A stretch of DNA of 64,000 nt from Staphylococcus phage SAC. Below, one piece after another: positions 63,963 to 64,000 of this stretch; position 1 is the first letter of the stretch, and every line of letters starts with the position of its first letter. The stretch lies in sequence record OR234014.1, one strand, 5' to 3'. The translations under genes were made by a program, and so were the position numbers. The notes beneath the pieces were generated by a model. That model saw only the letters and a program-made list of their open reading frames with translations. It had not been told where the DNA came from and did no database searches.

Positions 63963-64000
63963 TTATAGCTCACTATGTGGTGCTGTCTTAAATTCAGGTA

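Overview
AT-rich (~30% GC) window from a large virulent Firmicutes phage, most consistent with a Staphylococcus-infecting Twort-like myovirus (Herelleviridae). This is inferred from a holin followed by two peptidoglycan hydrolases that both carry SH3b_5-type cell-wall-binding domains, three group I introns in the large-terminase gene, dense arrays of strong sigma-A-type early promoters, and many small paralogous early genes. The window has three transcription blocks. (1) 1-7224, minus strand: a proline-rich membrane protein running off the window edge, small ORFs, and a terminase large-subunit gene split into four exons by three group I introns, one of which carries an intact Vsr/DUF559-type homing endonuclease. 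(2) 7368-33431, plus strand: a BRO-N protein, a 540-bp GC-rich noncoding element flanked by a 27-bp perfect inverted repeat immediately upstream of the lysis cassette, the lysis cassette itself, an HTH regulator, an RNase H gene interrupted by an in-frame TAG, a trifunctional kinase-phosphatase-ligase RNA repair enzyme, a nucleoside 2-deoxyribosyltransferase-like protein, a membrane transporter-like protein, a LysM mini-protein, a PcfJ-like protein, a 1268-aa beta-helix/collagen-repeat fibre-like protein, a staphylococcal-nuclease homologue, a promoter-to-terminator ncRNA unit ending in a tRNA-like minihelix, a MazG-like protein and two YopX paralogues (one with an in-frame TGA). (3) 34071-63866, minus strand: a classical host-takeover region of ~60 small genes driven by repeated TTGACA-17-TATAAT promoters. 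It contains several paralogue families (three pentapeptide-repeat proteins, a '...IWKDG' C-terminus family, duplicated mini-ORFs), secreted and membrane proteins, a free-standing homing-endonuclease-like gene, PD-(D/E)xK and metallophosphoesterase genes, and two long noncoding tracts (38352-39160 and 45100-46120) with palindromes, iteron-like repeats and a 600-bp pyrimidine-skewed degenerate repeat tract. No canonical tRNA or CRISPR array could be confirmed by eye. Intron boundaries, many start codons and most functional calls are approximate.
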